The notes beneath the pieces were generated by a model, which worked only from the letters and a program-made list of their open reading frames with translations, was not told the DNA's origin and ran no database searches. A stretch of 61,583 nucleotides of DNA from an uncultured delta proteobacterium (GTDB taxonomy: Bacteria > Myxococcota_A > Polyangia > Polyangiales > Ga0077539), in contig CAIMWA010000683.1 of the NCBI GenBank assembly GCA_903845045.1, positions 1-61,583 of the forward strand, read 5' to 3'. The translations under genes were made by a program, and so were the position numbers. Positions 18,547-27,906 of this stretch are shown here, piece by piece (within the stretch, counting starts at the first letter, position 1; every line of letters starts with the position of its first letter).

Positions 18547-20205
18547 ATGGCCCTCGAAGCACCCCCTCGCAGCACCGATTGCGACGTCCTCGTCATTGGC
18601 GGCGGCGTCAACGGCACCGGCCTCGCGCGCGACCTCGCGCTGCGCGGCCTCCGCACCATCCTCGTCGAGCGCAACGACCTGGCCTACGGGGCCAGCGGCA
18701 ACTCGTCGGGCATGATCCACGGAGGACCGCGCTACCTCACGACGCACCCCGCCGTGACGCGCTCGTCCTGCGTCGACTCCGGGTACATCCAGAAGATCGC
18801 GCCGCACATGATCTTCCGGATCCCGTTCGTGATGCCGGTGTTCGGCCGGGGCATCGACGCTCGGGTGCGCTTCGACGCCTTCGACGCGTTCTTCGCGGTC
18901 TACGACGAGTACCAGCCGCTGAAGCGCGGCAAGCGCCACACGCGGCTCACGCCCGAAGAGACGCTCACGCTGGTGCCGGGCCTCCGCGAGGACGACCTCT
19001 ACGGCTCCATCACCTTCGACGAGTGGGGCATCTACGGGAACCGCCTGTGCGTCGCGAACGCCGTCGACGCCGTGGAGCACGGCTGCAAGGTGCTCGTGCA
19101 CACCACCGTGGAGCGCATCGTCGTGCAGGACGGCCGCGCCACCGGCGTCGTGGCCCGGGACCGCCTCGACGGGCGGGCGTACGAGCTCAGCGCGCGGGCC
19201 GTGGTGAATTGCACCGGGGCGTGGGGTCCCATCACCGCGGCCACGGCGGGTCTCGAGGGCAAGCTGCGGGTGCGTCCCGGCAAGGGCGTGCACCTCGTGC
19301 TCGACCGGCCCGTGTGCGACGTCGGCGTGATGGCCGACGCCATCGACGGTCGGCAGATCTTCATCGAGCCGTGGGGCAACACGGCGATCATCGGCACCAC
19401 CGACGACGACACCTACGCCGACCTCGACGACCTGCCCGTGAGCACCGACGAGGTGCGCTACCTCGTCGAGGGCATCGAGAAGGTGCTCCCGCGGGTGCGC
19501 GAGGCCCGGATCATCGGCACCACCGTCGGCGCCCGCCCCTCGCTCTACGCCTGGGGACCGATGGAGGACGCCCTCTCCCGCGAGCACGAGGTCATCGACC
19601 ACGCGCCGCACGGCGTCGAGGGGCTCTACTCGCTCACCGGCGGCAAGCTCGCGAGCTACCGCATGTTCGCGCAGGAGGCCGCCGACGTGCTCGCCCCCCG
19701 CCTCGGCAACAACACCCCTTGCACCACGCACACGGCGCCGCTGCCCGGGGGCGAGCGCATCGTCGACGCCGCCCAGCTCGCCGAGCGCTTCGGGATCCCG
19801 CGGTACGCCGCCGACCGCCTCGTGGCGCGGCACGGCGCGCGGGCCGAGGGGATGCTCTCCGCGGCGGGACGCGCGGGGCGTGCCGTGGTGTGCTCCCACG
19901 AGCCGGTGCTCGCCTGCGAGGTGCGCTGGGCCGTGGAGCACGAGTTCGCGCGCACGCTGCTCGACGTCGCCCGGCGCACGCACCTGGGCTACGGCGCTTG
20001 CGGCGGCACGGACTGCGCCCTCGGCGGTGCGGTGATCGCCGGCGAGGCGCTGGGCTGGAGCCCCGCCGAGGTGCGGGCCCAGGCCGCGGAGCTCCTGCGC
20101 GCGCGACACCGTTCACGGCTGCCGGCCATCGGCGACAAGCAGGCCCGGGCCGAGGCGCTGACCATGGCGGCGCTGCGCTCCCTCGGAAGGCTGGCGTCGC
20201 CGTGA
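18547..20205 (+). CDS. glpA: FAD-dependent glycerol-3-phosphate dehydrogenase, subunit A-like with C-terminal BFD-like Cys motif
   Basis: IGGGVNG, GASGNSSGMIHGG.RY, GTTD, GGKLASYR and RTHLGYGACGGTDC motifs. Confidence 0.85.
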   Translation: MALEAPPRSTDCDVLVIGGGVNGTGLARDLALRGLRTILVERNDLAYGASGNSSGMIHGGPRYLTTHPAVTRSSCVDSGYIQKIAPHMIFRIPFVMPVFGRGIDARVRFDAFDAFFAVYDEYQPLKRGKRHTRLTPEETLTLVPGLREDDLYGSITFDEWGIYGNRLCVANAVDAVEHGCKVLVHTTVERIVVQDGRATGVVARDRLDGRAYELSARAVVNCTGAWGPITAATAGLEGKLRVRPGKGVHLVLDRPVCDVGVMADAIDGRQIFIEPWGNTAIIGTTDDDTYADLDDLPVSTDEVRYLVEGIEKVLPRVREARIIGTTVGARPSLYAWGPMEDALSREHEVIDHAPHGVEGLYSLTGGKLASYRMFAQEAADVLAPRLGNNTPCTTHTAPLPGGERIVDAAQLAERFGIPRYAADRLVARHGARAEGMLSAAGRAGRAVVCSHEPVLACEVRWAVEHEFARTLLDVARRTHLGYGACGGTDCALGGAVIAGEALGWSPAEVRAQAAELLRARHRSRLPAIGDKQARAEALTMAALRSLGRLASP

Positions 20206-21302
20206 GCGCCCCGATGGTGGACGTGCTGGTGATCGGGGCTGGCGCGGCGGGCGTGGCGGCGGCGCGCGCGGCGCACGAGGCCGGGGCGTCGGTGTGCGTC
20301 GTGGCCGACGGCGGCGGCGCGGCGGCGCTCGGGTCGGGTGTGGTGTGGGGCGTGGCGCGCGATCCCTTCGTGCGCTGGGCCGCCGAGGGCCGCGCGTGGC
20401 GCGTCGGCGGACGCTACGTGACCACCGCGGGCTGGCTCCTCGAGGGGGCCGTGGGGGCGCTGTCGTCGCTCCTCGATCTGTCTTCGCTGCCCGCGCACGG
20501 AACGCCGGGCGTGCTCGCGATCCCGGGTCACCCGGCGTGGTCGGCGACGCTGGTGGCGCAGAGCCTCGGGGCGCGCGTCGTCGAGGCTCCGACGGGGTCC
20601 GTCGAGGGCGCGACGCTGCGCGAGGTGGCCGCCCGGCTCGACCTCGACGGCGCCGCCGAGGCCTTCGCCCACGCCCTCGCCCCGCGCTGCGAAGGGCTCT
20701 CGGCGTTGCTGCTTCCGCCCGTGCTCGGGCTCGCCCGCGGCGACGTGGCCGAGCGCATCGCCGCGGTGTTGCGCATGCCCGTGGGCGAGACCGCGGGCGT
20801 GCCCGGCGACGCACCGGGCGTGCGCGTGACGAAGGCCCTTCGAGCGTCGCTGCCCCCCTCGGTGGAGGTGCTGCGCGGACGGGCGACGGTGCGCCCCGAA
20901 GGTCCGTCGGGCGTGCGGCTCGAGGGCGGACGCGAGCTGCGGGCGCGGTCCGTGGTGCTGTGCACCGGCGGGCTCCTCGGCGGCGGTCTGGCCTTCGGCG
21001 CGAGCTTGCACGAGGCCACCGCCGGCGCCCCCGTCTGGACCCGCGACCGCCGCCGCGTGCTCGTCGACGGCGGCAGCGCGCGCGGCGCCGACCCGGCGGA
21101 GTGGTTCGACGAGCACACCGGCCGGGCGCGCGGCGCGGGCGTGCGCGTCGACGCGCGCGGACGCGTCGTGGGCGCCGACGGAACGACGCCGCTCGCACCG
21201 TGGCTCCACGCGGCCGGCGAGGTGTGCTGCGCGCCGCACGAGGGTCTGGCCGACACCCTCGCCGACGGCGCACGGACGGGGCGCAGCGCGGCGGAGCGGT
21301 GA
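20202..21302 (+). CDS. FAD-binding protein, GlpB-like (anaerobic G3P dehydrogenase subunit B)
   Basis: GTGA-coupled to glpA; DVLVIGAGAAG, PPVLG, VVLCTGG..GGGL, GVRVD and AAGEV motifs. Confidence 0.7.
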   Translation: MSAPMVDVLVIGAGAAGVAAARAAHEAGASVCVVADGGGAAALGSGVVWGVARDPFVRWAAEGRAWRVGGRYVTTAGWLLEGAVGALSSLLDLSSLPAHGTPGVLAIPGHPAWSATLVAQSLGARVVEAPTGSVEGATLREVAARLDLDGAAEAFAHALAPRCEGLSALLLPPVLGLARGDVAERIAAVLRMPVGETAGVPGDAPGVRVTKALRASLPPSVEVLRGRATVRPEGPSGVRLEGGRELRARSVVLCTGGLLGGGLAFGASLHEATAGAPVWTRDRRRVLVDGGSARGADPAEWFDEHTGRARGAGVRVDARGRVVGADGTTPLAPWLHAAGEVCCAPHEGLADTLADGARTGRSAAER

Positions 21303-22411
21303 CGGCGCGGACGCAGGTCCGGGCACGGGGCGCGGCGCGAATCCTGGCGCTGGCGGGGCTCGTCGCCGCGGGCGCCGCGAGCGCCCAGGAGAACCCGCGC
21401 ATCGAGGCCGGACGCGCGGCCATGGAGGCCGGCGACACGTCGCGCGCCCGGGCCTCGTTCACCGAGGCGGTGAACCGCGGCGACGCCGTCGAGGCCTCGC
21501 TCGGCGAGTACTACCTCGCGCTCATGTCCGACGAGGCGCTGGACCTGCCCGCCGCGCTTGCGGGCTACCGGCACTTCGTCGCGAGGGACCCCGGTTCGCG
21601 CTTCGCGGCGCGGGCCATGGCGCGCATCGACGACCTCGAGGCGCACTCCGAGGGTCGCTTCGTCCCCCTCGCGGCGCTCGAGCGGGTGCGGCGCTCGCCG
21701 GACCTCAGCAACGACGCCCACGCCCTCGAGGCCCTCGACGCGCAGGCCGGAACGTGGCCGCCGGGCAACGTGCGCGCCGAGGCGTGGCTCCTCGTCGGCG
21801 AGGCCTACCTCGGACGCATGCAGCGCCCCCGCGACGCCGCCCGGGTGTTCCTGCGCCTCGCCCGCGACGACGGTGCCTCGGCGGCTATGCGCGAGCTCGC
21901 GGCGACGCGCCTCGTGGCGGCCCGCGCGGTGCTCGGCGAGAGCGTGCGCGCCGAGCAGGAGCTCTCCGGCGCCCGCGTCACCGACGCCGTGCGCGCCGAG
22001 GCCGCGGTGCTCGCCCGCCGGGTGCGCCTCGGGCGCGGCGCGACGTGGGTCCTCGGCATCCTCGGGGCGGCGACGGCGGCAGGCATCGCGGCGGTGCTGC
22101 GGCGGGGACAGCTCAGCGAAGTGCTCCGCCGATGGCGCCGCCCCATGCCGCTGGTGCAGCTCGCGGTGCTCACCGTCGGCGGCGCGGCCCTCGCGAAGGC
22201 CTCCGACGACCACGAGGTGCGGCCGTTCCTGCTGCTCGGCGGCGGAGTGCTCGCCGTGTACCTCGCGGCCGTGGTGCTCAACGTCGCCGGCGGGACGACC
22301 CCCGGCGCCCGCGCCGCCCGCGCGGCGGTGTGCGTCCTCGCGGTGCTCTCGGTGGCGTTCCTCACGATGCTGCGCTGCGACCCGATGATGCTCGAAGGCA
22401 TCGGGCTCTGA
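21299..22411 (+). CDS. Hypothetical protein: signal peptide, TPR-like periplasmic region, C-terminal TM helices
   Basis: GTG overlaps the upstream stop; Ala-rich helical repeats; 3-4 hydrophobic C-terminal segments. Confidence 0.55.
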   Translation: MTARTQVRARGAARILALAGLVAAGAASAQENPRIEAGRAAMEAGDTSRARASFTEAVNRGDAVEASLGEYYLALMSDEALDLPAALAGYRHFVARDPGSRFAARAMARIDDLEAHSEGRFVPLAALERVRRSPDLSNDAHALEALDAQAGTWPPGNVRAEAWLLVGEAYLGRMQRPRDAARVFLRLARDDGASAAMRELAATRLVAARAVLGESVRAEQELSGARVTDAVRAEAAVLARRVRLGRGATWVLGILGAATAAGIAAVLRRGQLSEVLRRWRRPMPLVQLAVLTVGGAALAKASDDHEVRPFLLLGGGVLAVYLAAVVLNVAGGTTPGARAARAAVCVLAVLSVAFLTMLRCDPMMLEGIGL

Positions 22412-22556
22412 ACGACCCCTCGAAACCCTTCCGTTCCAGGCCCCGTGGCGGGAGGCCGACAAAGTGCGCGGGGGTGATTGAATGTAGGTGCAGGTGGTGG
22501 TACCCACGCCGCGTTTCAGGGGCTCCGCTTCGGCGGTTCCAGGAGGTCTGCGGGTG

Positions 22557-23081
22557 ATGACGAAGCTTTCCGTTTCGGCGGTGGTGGTGCTGGCACTCGC
22601 GGGCTGTATGGGCTCCGGCGACACGTCCTCGGATACGGCCTCGGTGGCCTCGGACGTTCGCGCGGGCGCTCGCTGCGGCGGCGGCACTCAGCACGCCCCG
22701 GTGTGCAACCACGGCCTCGTCTGCGTGTTCCCGCACTCCCCGCCGCGCCCCGGCGAGAGCGGCACCTGCGAGCACCCCCCGGCCTGCGTGCAGAACACCC
22801 TCTGCGTGCTCACGGCGCACTGGGACGCGGGGCAGTGCCGCTGCGTTCCCAACGACACCGACGCGGGCACGGTCTGCGTGCAGCGAACGCTCTGCGTCGT
22901 CACCGCGCACTGGGACACCACGCTCTGCCAGTGCGTCCCGAACACCGGCAGCTGCGACCGCGCCTCGGACTGCACCGGCGCGCTGCCGGACTTCTGCCGC
23001 ACGTGCTCCAACGGCCGCTCGGCCTGCGCGCACTGGTCCTGCACGAACCACGTCTGCACCCTCGCGACCTGCCCGAACTGA
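22557..23081 (+). CDS. Cys-rich lipoprotein with an internal 2x repeat
   Basis: AGGAGG upstream; lipobox LAGC; CVQxTLCVxTAHWDxxxCxCVPN at 22785-22853 and 22875-22943. Confidence 0.7.
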   Translation: MTKLSVSAVVVLALAGCMGSGDTSSDTASVASDVRAGARCGGGTQHAPVCNHGLVCVFPHSPPRPGESGTCEHPPACVQNTLCVLTAHWDAGQCRCVPNDTDAGTVCVQRTLCVVTAHWDTTLCQCVPNTGSCDRASDCTGALPDFCRTCSNGRSACAHWSCTNHVCTLATCPN

Positions 23082-23673
23082 GACCGCGCGCACCCTGCGC
23101 GGCGTGCCCATCGCTTTGCCCGCGACGCCCGACGGTGTTACCGTCACGGACGATCGTGAGCGTGCGCCTGCCGAGGTCCTCGACCCGACTTTCCGCGCGG
23201 AGCCTTCCGCGAGGGCTTTCGGTCCGAGGGCACGGCGGAGCGGGCGGTCACGGCGCGGCACGGGGTGGTCCTGCACCCGGGAATGATCCCGCACGCGCGA
23301 GCGTGCCCCGTACCGACGGCCGAGCGCGGGCGCATGGTGCGCACCGGCTCCACTTCACACGAAGGCCCGGAACGTGGGCCGGGATCCGTCCCGGAGTCCC
23401 TCGGGCTGCGGCATCGCCGCGGGAGGTACAGACGCACAATGGGCAAACAGCATACGTCTCTCGACAGGGTGGAGCTCTCGTCCAGGTAGGCGGTCCGTCC
23501 GCCCCCGCGCGCTGATCGTTCGGCGCGTTGGGCGATGCGTCCCTCCACGGGGGGCGCTCCGGGATGATCCCGGGGCGTCCCCCGTGTTCTATTTTGCGCC
23601 CTCGGGAATGAGACGCGGCCGTCGACGGGTTGCACGTTCGCCCGGTCATGGGATAAGTGCCGGGCCGCAACGC

Positions 23674-24099
23674 ATGCGCTTCGTCCTCGCCGCCCTCTGC
23701 GCCCTCGTCGCCGTGATGCTCACGGCCGCGCCGGCGCACGCGCAGGCCTCGACGACGCGCTGCTTCGAGGCCCTCGCGACGCACCTCCCGGTGGCCAACG
23801 ACCAGGTGACCTCGCCGGCGAAGACCGTGAAGACGGTGCTCGCCCCCGCGGCGCCGATGCGGTCCCAGGCCCCGCGGCTCTGCAGCGACCCGAACCAGCC
23901 CGGCTGCCACGTCGACCGGCCCGACGCCCCGCGGCACCGCGGCGGCGGCCTCGACCTCCACCACGAGCCCGTGGTGCAGACGGCTGCGATGCCCGACCTC
24001 GCCCCGCGCCCCGAGCGCGTGACGCCCTGGAGCCCGGCCCCGGCCGGTGATGCGCGGCCTGCGTGCGCGCGCTCTCCGTGGCGTCCGCCCGCGGCCTGA
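23674..24099 (+). CDS. Hypothetical secreted protein ending in ...SPWRPPAA
   Basis: Signal peptide (AHA cleavage), three Cys, Pro-rich C-terminus. Confidence 0.55.
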   Translation: MRFVLAALCALVAVMLTAAPAHAQASTTRCFEALATHLPVANDQVTSPAKTVKTVLAPAAPMRSQAPRLCSDPNQPGCHVDRPDAPRHRGGGLDLHHEPVVQTAAMPDLAPRPERVTPWSPAPAGDARPACARSPWRPPAA

Positions 24100-24318
24100 G
24101 GGCGCCACCGACGGGCCTTCACGGCTGCGCAACGCCCTCGCGCGACGGACCTCCGTCCCACGCGGGCAGCGCCGCCCGGCCCGTCCACCGGCGCACCGGG
24201 AACGACCCGGCGAGCCCGTCTCGAAAACAATGTTCTTCGTGGCAACGGCACCGCGCGGCGACGGCCAGCGCAGCGCGGCGCATCCGACAGTCGACTGGTC
24301 TAGGAACAAGAGGGATAC

Positions 24319-26337
24319 GTGAGCAAGGGAGCAGCAGCCATTTCGATCATCATGGCGCTGGTGCTGGGCTTCGTGGTGGGCAACATCACGGGCGCCAAGG
24401 CACCCGCCGAGCCGGGCGGTGACGTCACCGCCGAGGCCTCCGCCGGAACCGGCAACACCAACGGACCGAACATGGTCGATGCCGAGCGCATCCCCGTGGG
24501 CACGTCGCCGGTGGACGGTCCGAACAACGCGCTCGTCACCATCGTGGAGTTCTCGGACTTCCAGTGTCCGTTCTGCTCGCGGGTGAACGACACCGTCGAC
24601 CAGATCAAGCGGCAGTACGGCAACGACGTGCGCATCGTCTGGAAGAACGCGCCGCTGCCGTTCCACAACAACGCCACCCCGGCGGCCGAAGCCGCGCAGG
24701 AAGCGTTCGCCCAGGGCGGCGCGGCGAAGTTCTGGCAGATGCACCACCTGCTCTTCCAGAACCAGCAGAACCTCGACCGCGCGACGCTCGACCGCCTCGC
24801 GCAGCAGGTCGGCCTGAACATGACCCGCTACAACGCGGCGATGAACGGCCACACGCACACGGCCGAGATCGACCGCGACAAGAACCTCGCGCAGGCCGTG
24901 GGCGCCCAGGGCACGCCGAACTTCTTCATCAACGGAACGCAGGTCACTGGCGCGCAGCCCTTCGACCGGTTCAAGACCATCATCGACCAGGTGCTGGCCC
25001 GCGCGCGCACCATCCAGCCGCGCAACCGCGTGTACGCGAACATGGTCGCCGACCCCGTCCCGGGTGAGGCGCCCGCGCAGCCGCAGCAGCCGCAGCAGCG
25101 CCCGGCGGAGCCCGATCCGGCGCAGGTCCTCCGCGTTCCGGTGGGCACCTCGCCGGTGCTCGGCTCGAACAACGCCCTCGTGACGGTGGTGGTCTTCTCG
25201 GACTTCCAGTGCCCGTTCTGCTCGCGCGTGGAGACGACGCTCTCGGCGCTCCGCACCCGCTACGGCAACGACATCCGCTTCGTGTGGAAGAACGAGCCGC
25301 TCCCGTTCCACGACAAGGCCCGCCCGGCCGCCGAGGCCGCCATGGAGGCCTTCGCGCAGCGCAGCCACGCCGGCTTCTGGACCTTCCACGACACGCTGTT
25401 CTCGCACCAGCAGAACATCGACCGCCCGGACCTCGAGCGGTACGCCCAGGAGCAGCACCTCGACATGGCGCGCTTCCGCGCCGCGCTCGACGGCCACACG
25501 CACCAGGCCCAGATCGACGCCGACCACCAGCTCGCGCAGTCGCTCGAGGCGAACGGCACGCCGCACTTCTTCGTCAACGGCCGCCGCATCGTCGGCGCCC
25601 AGCCCGAGGACGCCTTCGTGCGCCTCATCGACGAGGCCAAGACCGCCGCGGAGACCTACATCCGCACGCACCCCGGCACCACGCGCGCGAACGTCTACGA
25701 GCGCATGATGGCCGAAGCCGACACCACGATCCGCCGCACCGGCGGTGGCGCGGCTCCGCAGGCGGCCGCCCCGGCCCCGGCGCAGCCCGACGAGAACCAC
25801 GTCTACACGGTGCGCCCGAACGCGCACGCGCCGAGCTTCGGCCCGGCCAACGCCCGCGTGGTCATCGAGCACTTCTCGGACTACCAGTGCCCGTTCTGCT
25901 CGCGCGTCGGACCGCAGGTGGAGCAGATCCGCCAGCGCTACGGCGACCGCGTCCGCTTCGTGTGGCGTGACTACCCGCTCCCCTTCCACGACCACGCGAT
26001 GCTCGCCGCCGAGGCCGCCCAGGAGGCGTTCGCGCAGCGTGGAAACCAGGGCTTCTGGCGCTTCCACGACAACCTGTTCACCAACCAGCAGCACATCGAG
26101 CGCGCGGACCTCGAGCGCTACGCCCAGGAGCAGGGCCTCGACATGGCGCGCTTCCGCGCCGCCCTCGACGGCCACACGCACCAGGCCCGCATCCGCGACG
26201 ACATGGCCGCGGCCGACGCCACGGGCGCCCAGATCGGCACCCCGGCGTTCTTCATCGCGGGCAAGTTCGTCGCCGGCGCGCTCCCCTTCGAGGAGTTCCA
26301 GCGCCGCATCGACGCCGCCCTCGCCGCCGCGCACTGA
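24319..26337 (+). CDS. Membrane-anchored protein with three DsbA/thioredoxin domains
   Basis: N-terminal TM; three FSD(F/Y)QCPFCSRV active sites; three GTP cis-Pro loops; GAGGGA RBS. Confidence 0.92.
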   Translation: MSKGAAAISIIMALVLGFVVGNITGAKAPAEPGGDVTAEASAGTGNTNGPNMVDAERIPVGTSPVDGPNNALVTIVEFSDFQCPFCSRVNDTVDQIKRQYGNDVRIVWKNAPLPFHNNATPAAEAAQEAFAQGGAAKFWQMHHLLFQNQQNLDRATLDRLAQQVGLNMTRYNAAMNGHTHTAEIDRDKNLAQAVGAQGTPNFFINGTQVTGAQPFDRFKTIIDQVLARARTIQPRNRVYANMVADPVPGEAPAQPQQPQQRPAEPDPAQVLRVPVGTSPVLGSNNALVTVVVFSDFQCPFCSRVETTLSALRTRYGNDIRFVWKNEPLPFHDKARPAAEAAMEAFAQRSHAGFWTFHDTLFSHQQNIDRPDLERYAQEQHLDMARFRAALDGHTHQAQIDADHQLAQSLEANGTPHFFVNGRRIVGAQPEDAFVRLIDEAKTAAETYIRTHPGTTRANVYERMMAEADTTIRRTGGGAAPQAAAPAPAQPDENHVYTVRPNAHAPSFGPANARVVIEHFSDYQCPFCSRVGPQVEQIRQRYGDRVRFVWRDYPLPFHDHAMLAAEAAQEAFAQRGNQGFWRFHDNLFTNQQHIERADLERYAQEQGLDMARFRAALDGHTHQARIRDDMAAADATGAQIGTPAFFIAGKFVAGALPFEEFQRRIDAALAAAH

Positions 26338-26353
26338 TCGCGCACCCCGCAAC

Positions 26354-26379
26354 CGCCGGGCTCCACACGGGGCCCGGCG
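26354..26379 (+). terminator. GC-rich hairpin downstream of the triple-DsbA gene (possible terminator)
   Basis: CGCCGGGCTCC / GGGGCCCGGCG stem; no clear U-tract. Confidence 0.35.
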
Positions 26380-26430
26380 TCGCCCCCTTCCCCGCAGCTT
26401 CGACTCTGGCCGACGACGCGCTCCGTGCGC

Positions 26431-26546
26431 GGGGACACAGTTACGTTGTTGCATTCCGGTCCCGCGGGCCGGGCGCGGGGACACAGTTAAGTTCTTGCCT
26501 TACGTTCCCGCGACCTCGCTGAATGCAACAACGTAACTGTGTCCCC
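26431..26546. repeat. GGGGAC-23mer repeat locus A (copies +26431, +26477 degenerate, -26524)
   Basis: The outer copies form a perfect 26-bp inverted repeat (26431-26456 / 26521-26546); the middle copy has 3 mismatches. Confidence 0.95.
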
Positions 26547-27906
26547 ATCGACGTCCACGCCCGCGACGCTGACCCCGACGCTGCTCGGGACGGCAGCACT
26601 CGGCCTCGTAGTGGCCCTCGTCCGCCCCCGCGACCGCGACGCGCTGCGCGCCATGCTGCGCCCTCACGCCACCGAAGGCGCACCGTCGCCGCGCACACCG
26701 GGCGTCCCGACGATCACGCCCGCCCCGGAGCCCCCGCTCCCGCCACGTTGGACACCCGCGACGCACGCGGCGACGGCGCCGTTTCCGTTTCTCGCGAACC
26801 CGGTGCTCGCAGCGTCGACGGAGCACGCCCTCGACGCGTTCGCACGCCGGCTCTCGGCGGCGGCGGAGACACGACGCACGGTGCGGGTGCTGCACCTCGG
26901 CGACTCGCTCATCGCCGATGACCGCATCACCGGACGCCTGCGACGAAGGCTCCAGCACGAGTTCGGCGACGGCGGGCTCGGCATGGTGTTCCTGAGGCCG
27001 ACGGCGCGCTCGTATCACCCCGCGGGCGTGCGCTTCGACGCGCGGGGTTGGTACCCGGGGTCCGTGGTCGGTCCGCTTTGGGAGGACGGAGGCTACGGCG
27101 TCGGCGGCACGGGCTTCGAGGCCCCCGACGCAGGCCCGACGGCGACGCTCGACTTCGACCGTGGACGGCGCTTCGCCGTGCGCGCGCGACGCGACCCCGC
27201 CGGCGGTGCGCTTCGCCTGCGCCTCGACGAAGGTCCGTGGGTGACCGCACGTACCGACGGAGAGGTTCCCGTGCTCGTGGCCGACACCGACGGAGTCCAC
27301 AGCGTCACGGTGCGCGCGGCGGGCGGGCGCGTGCGCGTCTACGGCGTCGTGGCGCTGCGCGAGGGACCCGGCGTCACCGTCGAGAACCTCGGCACCGTCA
27401 GCAGCTCCGCGCAGGCGCTGCTCCACATCGACGAGGCGCACTGGACCGCGGCCCTCGCCGCCGAGGATCCTGCGCTGGTGATCCTTTCGCTCGGCACCAA
27501 CGAGGCGAGCCACGGCGCGCTCGGTCCCACGGCCCGCGAGGCGCTTCGGCGCGACACCGCGACGCTCTACCGCCGGGTGCGCGCGGCGCTGCCCCACGCG
27601 TCGTGCCTCGTCACCGCCCCGCCCGACGCCGCCGTCGTGCTCGAGGACGGGAGCGTCGCTCCGAGGCCCGCCCTCGCCGCCATCGTCGCCGCCGAGGCCG
27701 ACGGGGCGCGCGATGCGGGCTGCGCCTTCTTCGACACCCTCGCCTGGATGGGCGGCCACGGAAGCATCACGCGGTGGCAGCGCACGGGCCTCGCCGACGG
27801 CGACCTCACGCACCTCACCGACGCCGGCGGCGCACGGGTGGGCGACGTGCTCGCCGACGCGCTGCTACACGCCCGCGACGACGCCATGACCCGAGGTGCG
27901 CCGTGA
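26539..27906 (+). CDS. SGNH/GDSL-family protein (PatB/AlgJ-like O-acetyltransferase partner)
   Basis: HLGDSL, LGTNE and DLTH (DxxH) motifs; N-terminal TM. Start is uncertain because the GTG lies inside the repeat. Confidence 0.8.
   Translation: MSPSTSTPATLTPTLLGTAALGLVVALVRPRDRDALRAMLRPHATEGAPSPRTPGVPTITPAPEPPLPPRWTPATHAATAPFPFLANPVLAASTEHALDAFARRLSAAAETRRTVRVLHLGDSLIADDRITGRLRRRLQHEFGDGGLGMVFLRPTARSYHPAGVRFDARGWYPGSVVGPLWEDGGYGVGGTGFEAPDAGPTATLDFDRGRRFAVRARRDPAGGALRLRLDEGPWVTARTDGEVPVLVADTDGVHSVTVRAAGGRVRVYGVVALREGPGVTVENLGTVSSSAQALLHIDEAHWTAALAAEDPALVILSLGTNEASHGALGPTAREALRRDTATLYRRVRAALPHASCLVTAPPDAAVVLEDGSVAPRPALAAIVAAEADGARDAGCAFFDTLAWMGGHGSITRWQRTGLADGDLTHLTDAGGARVGDVLADALLHARDDAMTRGAP

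Noticed and set aside
23184-23194. RNase P RNA-like GGAAAGTC on the minus strand
   Set aside because: The match is partial, and no conserved 3' P4 partner was found at a suitable distance.
23425-23500. c-di-GMP-I/GEMM riboswitch (GCACA..GGGCAAAC...GGTAGGCGG)
   Set aside because: The P2 GNRA stem and the GACGCAAAGC segment are missing; only the flanks resemble the motif. An Infernal scan would settle it.
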